The notes under the pieces were generated by a model, which saw only the letters and a list, made by a program, of their open reading frames with translations, did no database searches and was not told where the DNA came from. This document shows positions 54,901 through 64,000 of a stretch of 64,000 nucleotides of DNA, one piece after another (within the stretch, counting starts at the first letter, position 1; every line of letters starts with the position of its first letter). Location: assembly GCA_050613775.1 (NCBI GenBank), contig JBODTK010000115.1:248001-312000 (forward strand). The letters run 5' to 3'. Made by a program: the position numbers and the translations under genes. The stretch comes from Neocallimastix sp. 'constans'. Lineage: Eukaryota.

Positions 54901-57495
54901 AATAACCATAATTTAAATAAAGATGTTGAAATTAATTCAAAAATTAATCCTGAAATTAAAAATAAAAATAACTGTGAATTTAAATTGAAATTCAATTTCA
55001 ACAATGTTGACAAAAATAATTCTGATGATAATTATTTGAATGAGATAAATAGAAATTTAGAAATAATAAATAAAAATTATAATAAAAAGTTTAGAAATAA
55101 TACTATGAATACCAATTTTAATTCTAGTATTATTGAAAAATATAAACCAGAAGATCCTGCTTACGCCGCCTCAACTTCCAGCAGGAACAAAGGAAAAGAA
55201 AAAATAACCGAATTTGAAAATTTTGATAAAAAATAAAATATTTTTAAATAATGAAAAATCAAGCCAAAATTACAGAATTTTACAATAAATAATAATAATA
55301 TGAAAAAAAATATTTTAATAATAAAAATTTTTCAAAAAATGATGAAAATTTTCAAGAAAATCTATTGGCTGAAGCAAAATCATATTCTAATGAATCACAT
55401 ATAACATATGAGAACAATAATGATTCACATAAATCTATTAATAATTCAAATAAATCAATGAATATCAAAAATTTACCAAAAAATGATCAAAATTTAATTA
55501 ATAAAAATTTTTTATCGAAAAATAATGAATTAATTCAACAAAATTCAAAACCCAGCGACTCTATGAAGAAAAACTATAATTTCTCCCACTCCTACAATAG
55601 ATATCAATAATATTCCTTCAGATAATTAAAAATACGGTAATGGAAAATCTTAAAAATATAACTCTTCCATATAATATTAATCGGAATTTACCTTTAATAA
55701 CCGATTCTTCAACCAACCAAATTTCTCAAAAATCAGACGAAATAACAACAATAATATTGTAAACAAAGAAAATTATGCCCACAAATCTCTTATAGATGCA
55801 TCAAGTGTTATTGTTTTTAATAAAGATGAAATTATGGATGACATTGTAGCCAATAAAGAATATGGCAATATCTATAAAAGACCACTTAGTCCAAAAATAT
55901 AAAGAGACTGCACCTACTAATATTAGTACTCGTAGAAAACTAGACCAAATCAACGACATTATTATTGCTTCTATATTTTGTCACATTCCTAATACGTATG
56001 AAGAAGCAATAAACAGTGATGACAAAAATAACTGGATTGAGGCTATTAATGATGAACTTAATAACCTTTATTCTAATAATATTATGACTTTTGTTAAAAA
56101 TGTACCTAAAAACAAAAACATCATTACCACAAAATGGGTTTTCAACACTAAACGTGATTCAAATAATAATATTTATAAATATATAAAGCTCGTTTAGTTG
56201 CTCGTGGATTTAAACAAAAATGGGGAATCGATTATGAATTTAACTTATTCTCCTACTCTAAACATTGATGGTCTTAAACTAATATTTACTATTTCTGCTG
56301 CTCTTAAGTGGAATATTTTCCAGCTTGATATAAAGGCCGCTTTACCTTAATGCTCCGCTTGATAAAGATATTTATACTACTATTCCTAAAGGCGATACGC
56401 GCTTTGGGCGGGGATATTGGAAGCTCAACAAAGCTTTGTATGGCCTTAAGCAATCTGGTAGACAATGGTATAATACCATTAGAAAATTCCTAATAAAAAA
56501 TGAGTTCATTCAAATTAAATCCGAACAATGTATTTTCAAATTTACAAAAAATAATATAACAAAATGCATTATCGGTTTATATGTGGATGACATGGGGAAA
56601 ACAAATACATTAAATAAATAATAAATAAAATAAAATCAAAATTTAAAATATCTAAATGTGATCCAATTGAATTACATATATTAGGAATTGAAGTAAAGAA
56701 AGAAAATAATTCATATATTATTTCACAGAAAAATTTTATAAATAATATGTTATATAAATTTAATATTGATAATACAAAGAAAAGAAAAACACCATGTACT
56801 GGTGATAATAAAATATCAGAAAACAATAAACCTTTCGATAAAACAATCTACAAAAGCGCAATAGGTTCCTTAATATACCTTTCGAAATGTACTAGACCTG
56901 ACATAGCTTTCGCTGTAAATAAAGCTTCAAGAAAATGTGAAAATCCAACTATATCGGATTGGAACAAAATAATAAAATATTCTAAAATATATTAACAGTA
57001 CTAAAGAATTTAAGATAGAATATAATGGAAGGGGGGAGCTTGTTGCATATACCGACTCTGACTTTGCCGGCTGTTTGGAAGATAGAAAATCTACCTCAGG
57101 AGGAATAATACTAATGGGAACAAGTCCGATATGCTGGTTGTCCAAGAAACAAACAAGTGTTGCTACGTCTACTGCTGAAGCAGAGTACATAAGCACTTCC
57201 GAAAATATAAAGAAAATATTATGGATTAGAAATATAATAAAAGAAATTTTAAACAAATGGATAACTGTTAAAAATCTATACAGATAATCAAGCAAGTAAG
57301 AAAATAATGGAGAACGGAGAAATAAATACAAAATTAAAGCATATAAGTGTAAGATATCATTTCAACAGGGACAATATTGCAAAAAGGAAAGTAAAATTAG
57401 AATATATTGATATTGAAAACATGCTAGCGGACATATTAACCAAGGACTCAAATGGACCAAAGATACAAAAATTTACAAACAACATTTTTATCTAA
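51956..57495 (+). pseudogene. Copia gag-pol polyprotein, fragmented by many frameshifts
   Basis: Zinc knuckle CHICEVKGHSTRNC; protease WLYDTGAGEH; WHRRLGH..CIEC; integrase IHSDISGP, KSDGGKEF, NGKAERINRTL; RT TTKWVF, ARLVARGF, LYGLKQSGRQW, LYVDD; RNase H YTDSDFAG, ATSTAEAEY, MLADILTK. Confidence 0.95.
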
Positions 57496-57506
57496 AAATA
57501 TTATTT

Positions 57507-57515
57507 GAGGGGGAG
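57507..57515 (+). promoter_or_regulatory. Polypurine tract GAGGGGGAG
   Basis: Immediately 5' of the 3' LTR. Confidence 0.9.
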
Positions 57516-57836
57516 TGTTGACTGCACTCATAAATTTAACTATATATTTAATTTATTTATTTATAGTATTTATTTATATTTATGTGTATTTATTTATTTA
57601 TATTTAATGATTACTTAAATGTATTATGATCTATCGTCTTGTATAAATCTATGTTAATTATCTTTTAATATTTATTTAATTAATTTTTAGTTTATTTTAT
57701 GTTATGGAAAACGCATGTAGTAACATGTGACTTTATTACTTATTTAAAGCTGAAAGATAGATCATACACTTATTTCCCTTGTATACCATATTCCATAAGG
57801 AATATTATTATAGATCTAAATTTAATAAAGCTAACA
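57516..57836 (+). repeat. 3' LTR (321 bp)
   Basis: TGTTGACT...AGCTAACA; about 8 substitutions and 1 indel versus the 5' LTR by manual comparison. Confidence 0.95.
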
Positions 57837-57896
<60 letters not shown>

Positions 57897-57993
57897 AACA
57901 ATTAATAAAATATATCTAATAAGCCTTATTATAAATATATATATAAACAAAATATTTTATTATTTAATAAATAAATAATAACATATAAAAAGG

Positions 57994-58331
<338 letters not shown>

Positions 58332-60574
58332 ATCTTAAATTGAGTTTAAATCACAAAAGTACTGATATATTAATCAGTAATATGGCCTATGTAATTTTGA
58401 TAATGTATATAAATATTATGAGCTTCATATGGAAAAAATTTCATTTCTAATAATAAATTTAAGAATATGAATATAAATTATATTTCATATTAAGCATATA
58501 AGCATATTTGTATATAAATAGATATTAATAATAAATATTAAATAAAAATAAAAAAATAAAAAGAAATTATATATATATATATATTAATATATATATGATA
58601 ATTTTTAAAATATTTATTGAGTGTATGTGTATTTATTTATATAAGAATTTTTTGAAAATTTGAAAGTATTAAGATGAAAAAAAAAAATTTTTTTTTTTCT
58701 TTTTCAATATATATACTTACTTGAGCATTGATCATTTTTAATGATAACCCGGTAAGAAGAAGAAGTACCCACAATGGTAGCAATATCTTCTTTAATTCCT
58801 TGACGTCTAAAACATTTGCCTACTAATTTAGCTTGATAAATTTCTTCACAAAATTCTTTTTGATACATGGAAAACATGGGAATCCCCTTATAGCCTGCAC
58901 TTAAATGATATTCATCTTCCTTTAGAGGGTATTTCCCTTGGCCTCTTTCATCCAATGGCTCTTGTTTCTTTTCATCATGTATAATTAAAATTTTTATCAT
59001 AGAAAAGCATTTTAATATCCAATATTATAACCCAAAATTGTTTTACATCATTACCTAACTTTGGTGGAATACCAATGATAGTACAACGCATGTACCATAA
59101 AGCGTAGCATAATAATTGATAATGAGGTAAGGCATTACCGACGATATCTACTCTAGTGAATGAAGTAAGATCAATTTTTTTTTTTTTTTCAAGAACATAG
59201 GCAGTAGCCTTAACTAAATCCCCTAATTCACCGAAGGTTACGGTTAAATAAGGAGAAGGATAATCTTGATGGATGGTAAACCTAAATATATTTTCCTTCG
59301 AAGCAATAGCAATATGGTCTATTGATCCTTCAAAACGATTATCCAATCTTTCTTGCATTGTTTTCATTTCTTCATTTTATAGCTTTTTAAATTTTATTAA
59401 TATATATATATTTATATATTTTATAATTTTATTAAAAAAAAAAAAAAAAAAAGAAAAAAAATAAAAAAATAAAAATAAAGCAATATATATAAAAATTTAT
59501 TAATTATTAATAATGTTATTTAAATTATATATTTTAACTTATTTTATTGAATATGAATAATTATTATAATTGTTATTCATTAAATTTATTAAAAGTTTTG
59601 CATTATATATAGTATTATAATAATTTTCTTTAAAAAAATTAATTTTTTTTTTTTTTTTTTTTTTTATTTTTACATAACTTTTTCTTCTTCATGTTTGAAA
59701 TAATCAATTTCAGTTTTTGTTGTACCATTTCTATCGATAGTACTATCTGTTATTGCAACCATTTTCTTTTAACTTTTCTTTTTTTTTCCCATTTTATTTA
59801 TATCTATTTATCTAAATTTTAAATTCCTTAATAGGGATGAAAAAAAAAAAAAAAATTCTAGTTTTTTCATAACTGTTATACATATTTATATATATATATA
59901 TATATTAGTAATAAAAAAAAATTATAAAATTATGTTATATACAATATTTCAAAATTAATTAATGTTAATATAGTCCTTTTTTTCTTCTCTCTCCTTCTAT
60001 CTTTTTTTTTTTTGTTATTTTATTATTATTAATTCTTTATATGCATATATGAATATTATTTTATATATTAAAAAAATTTAAATAAATATATATATTTTTT
60101 ATTTTTATTACTTTAAAAAAAAAATAATAATGAAAAAATAAAAATATTCAATAGAAATTTTGTTATTATTTTATCTTTTCTTTAATTTAATAAGATAAAT
60201 TATAATATCAAATAATAAATGCAATATTTATTTTTTATTAATATTATTAATTTTTTTCTTTTATTCTTATTAATATAAACCTTTTTAATAAAATTTATTT
60301 TCTAAGTTAATAAAAAAAAAAAAAAAAAATTTTTAATAAATTGGGTTTCTTTATATACATATTAACAATATTGCACAAATTCGAATTATTATTATTATAT
60401 ATATATATATATTTATAAATAAGCATACAAAACATAAGCGTAATGGTAATAATAAAAAATAATAAACACAATAAACATAAACATACCCATAAACGTAAAT
60501 ATAAATATAAACATAAACATAAATATAAATATAAATATAAATATAAACATTAACGTAAGCATAATAATAATAAT

Positions 60575-60617
<43 letters not shown>

Positions 60618-60731
60618 TTAATATTAATATTAATATTAATAATATTAATTAATAATAATAATTAATAATATTAATTAATAATATTAATTAATAATTATTA
60701 ATACTAATTAATACTAATTAATACTAATTAT

Positions 60732-61300
60732 TAATATCTACTTTATTTTATATATTTACATATTATATAATTCAATAAAAGAATATTTAGATTTATATCT
60801 TAAGTAAATTATTTAATACTTTTATTTGATGTTGTATAAATTTATATTATCCTTTTAAATATTTTGCATTAACTTGTATATAGAAATATATGTATTCACA
60901 TAATTTAATTATATATTTTATAATGAAATATCATGAATATACTATCCACTTCTCACCTTGTTAACCATAACACTTAAATATTATTATTTTAAATATATAA
61001 GCAACATATATCAAATTAAGAGTCTCATTTGATTTTATTCTAATATTCAAAGTACTTTCTCTAAAAATGATATATTTCAAAAAAAAAAAAAAAAAAACTA
61101 TAGCTAAAGACCAACGTCTTCACACAGAAAGACTTCAAAGAATGGATATTTCTTATTTCAAACACTGCTAAAACCTATGGCATTAAGGAATTTTTAGATG
61201 CTGATATTATTAGACATTTAAATGATGATTTCTTTATTTACAGTCCCAATGGTAATGATGCTATCAGCAGGGCCATTACGGGCAGTATTACCAACAACGA
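60732..61300 (+). mobile_element. Relic 5' end of a related Copia element (LTR-like segment, PBS, start of gag)
   Basis: ...TATCA then AATTAAGAGTCTCA. It continues with GCTAAAGACCAACGTCT...GAATGG...GGCATTAAGGAATT...TTAAATGAT...CCCAAT, collinear with 51974-52123 of the full element. Left boundary uncertain. Confidence 0.75.
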
Positions 61301-61533
61301 AATTAATAATTAAAGAAAAAAAAATTATTTAAAAAAAAAAAAAAAAACTCTTAATGGATTCTGGTGTTATAAATATTCTTCCTGTTAAAAACAGAAGCAA
61401 AAGAAAAAAAAGTCTAAAGTTTTAATAATATTAAATTTTTCAAAAAAATTTGAATCATAAATTCCTGAAGAGCTATTTGATCAAAATAAAATCATTAAAA
61501 CTTTAGTTACAAAAAAAAAAAAAAAAATAGTAA

Positions 61534-61569
<36 letters not shown>

Positions 61570-62096
61570 TCAAATAATACTTTCTTTATTACACGTTATA
61601 AAACTTTACATAAATCTTCATCTGGGGAGAAATGCAGTAATTTTTATTAATATTTATTAAATATTAAAATATTTTTATTAAAGTTTAAGATTTTATAAAA
61701 ATACTGCGCAAGAATTTTTAAAAGGTGTAAAAAGATCAATTCATTATTAAATATTATTTTTTAATTTTTAATAATTATAATTCTTAAATTATTATCTTTA
61801 TACATCTTTTAAATTATTAATATTTATTATATATATATATAAATATTATTAATTATAATTATATATATATTTTGATAAATTATAAAATGTTTAAACATCT
61901 AAAACGACTGATAAAATATTTTTATTTTTTAATAATTAAATTTCTAAAGGGTATATTTATTAATATATAATTTATTTTATATATATATTTTTTTTAAAAA
62001 AAAATTTTTATATTTATTATAGTTTTATTTATTTATTTTTTTTTAATTTATTTAGGTATTTATTTATTTATTTATTAGCTTTTTAAATATATTTGA

Positions 62097-62150
62097 GAAA
62101 TGAATCTTTCCAGAAATGAATCTTTCCAGAAATGAAATTTTCCGAAATAC
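62097..62150. repeat. Short tandem repeat of a 16-bp unit GAAATGAATCTTTCCA (~3 copies)
   Basis: Directly visible. Confidence 0.75.
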
Positions 62151-62791
62151 CACTTATATACTTAAATAACAAATCATATGATTATAATAATAATATCAAT
62201 GATATACATAAAAATATTGAATTTTTTAATATAATTATGAAATCCTAAAATTTTTTCAAAAAAAAAAAAAAAAATGACGAAAATTTTAATAATAAAAAAA
62301 ATTTTTTTATTTTTTTTACACCTTCAAAATAAAAATTATTAATAATTAATCAAGTAATTCTTTTGATGTATTTAATATGAAAAAAATAATCATTCTTTTA
62401 ATAATTATACTTCAAGTGAGGTTTCAGATAATACTATAATTTTTTTCAATGACTCTTGTAATATTTCTTCAATTGACAACCATAGTTTTAATACTCAAAA
62501 TCTATCTTATTATTTAAGAAAATTCCAAATTGAATAATTCTATCAATACCACTAATAATCCAGCAAAATTTTGATAATTTATATCAGGATAACCAATCTA
62601 TTACTACAATAGCTCAAAAAATATTATTAAAACTAAATGAAAATGAAATGATGGATGATATAATGATTAAATAGTAATGAAGTTAATCTATCCCATCCCT
62701 GTTCTTCCAGAAAACGTCCATTACCTCCAAATTCTCCAGATTCCAAAACAATTATTCCTTCCACCCTTAGAGCGGCATAAAGAAAGTTAGA

Positions 62792-63064
62792 TGATACCTT
62801 AATAATTATACTATATATTTATTAATATTATCTTATATATGTATTTATTATGTAAATTAATTAAAAGTGTATTTTTATTAATTTTTTATATAAAATTAGT
62901 AATTACTTTTTATTTTATTTTGTATAAATTTATGTTAACAATCCCCTTAAATATTTTGTGTAACTTGTATATATGTAATAAATTAATATACGTTTTATAT
63001 ATAATACAATCATGCTTATTGTTATTATTATATTAAATAAATAAACAATATAATATATATATCA
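62792..63064 (+). repeat. Possible diverged LTR (TGATA...TATCA) related to 60732-61013
   Basis: Has 5-bp inverted ends and a similar length. ATCCCCTTAAATATTTTGTGTAACTTGTATATA (~62941) resembles ATCCTTTTAAATATTTTGCATTAACTTGTATATA (~60849), and (AAT)n follows. Confidence 0.35.
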
Positions 63065-63148
63065 ATAATAATAATTATAAAATGTAATAAATAATAATAA
63101 TAATAATATAATAATAATAATAGTAATTATAATAATAATAATAGTAAT

Positions 63149-63179
<31 letters not shown>

Positions 63180-63250
63180 GTAATTATAATAATAATATAA
63201 TAATAATAATAATAATAATTAATAATATATTAATAATAATAATAATTAAT

Positions 63251-63281
<31 letters not shown>

Positions 63282-64000
63282 TGATACAAAATTATATAGT
63301 AAACTAAATTATAAATTTATTTATTCAGAGAGAGCTGTAAAATAATTCTCTCTTAAAAATAAAAAATAAAGATAACTTGACTTGATTACTTATTAAATAG
63401 TACAAGAATACAAAATAAATATTTTAATATTTTATATTATTTGTGTTTTTTTGTAATTAAATTAAAGCATGATAATGTAATGATGATAAAAGTTTAATAA
63501 ATAAGATAAAATAATTTTTAATATAAATTTCATAATTAATAATTTATGAATAATTTGACTAATAAATTATAAAAATATTAAATAATGTAAATTTTAATTT
63601 GTTTTAACTTGTATATATAATTATAAAGATTTGCATTTACTTTTTTGGGATTTTTTATCAATAATAAATAATAATAAAGAGTATTTATTAATAAATAATT
63701 AATATATAATATTTAATATTTGAATAATAATAAATAATAATAAAAATAATTAATAATTAATGATTAATGATTAATTTATTATTAATCATTAATAATAATA
63801 ATAATAATAATAAATAATATATAATAAATAATCATCATAAAAACAATAATAATAATGCATTAGTAATTCTGTCTCAGGATTAAAAAGTGAATTATATATT
63901 ACATGATAATAAAATTTAACTGTTCTCGGTCTTTCAAAACCTTTCTTTTCAGATATTTAATAGATATAAACAAAATTTCAGCATTACCTACCCTTTAAAG

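Noticed and set aside
63855..64000. Higher-complexity sequence at the window end
   Set aside because: Too short and truncated, with no open frame or motif I can support.

Overview
Extremely AT-rich eukaryotic DNA with spliceosomal GT-AG introns and the standard genetic code. Composition, intron style and (AAT)n content suggest an anaerobic gut fungus (Neocallimastigomycota); this is an inference. The left end holds two housekeeping genes: a 5'-truncated multi-exon Rrn6/TAF1C-like RNA polymerase I factor (+) and a mitochondrial-carrier-family gene (-). Most of the rest is a tandem family of three minus-strand copies of an unusual hybrid synthetase with the architecture adenylation - carrier(T) - ketosynthase - degenerate acyltransferase, ending with no downstream ACP or release domain. 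Copy B (38443-44982) splices to an intact 1688-aa protein. Copy A (12790-17879) and copy C (~48420-59762) are pseudogenes with independent deletions through the KS catalytic region. Copy C carries a full-length decayed Ty1/Copia LTR retrotransposon in intron 3. Its primer-binding site appears complementary to the anticodon arm of tRNA-Lys(CUU) rather than to a tRNA 3' end. Between copies A and B lie a ~13.7 kb satellite array with a 630/1260-bp higher-order repeat core and an intronless PPPDE/LRAT-like permuted papain-fold gene. A relic of a related Copia element lies near 61 kb.
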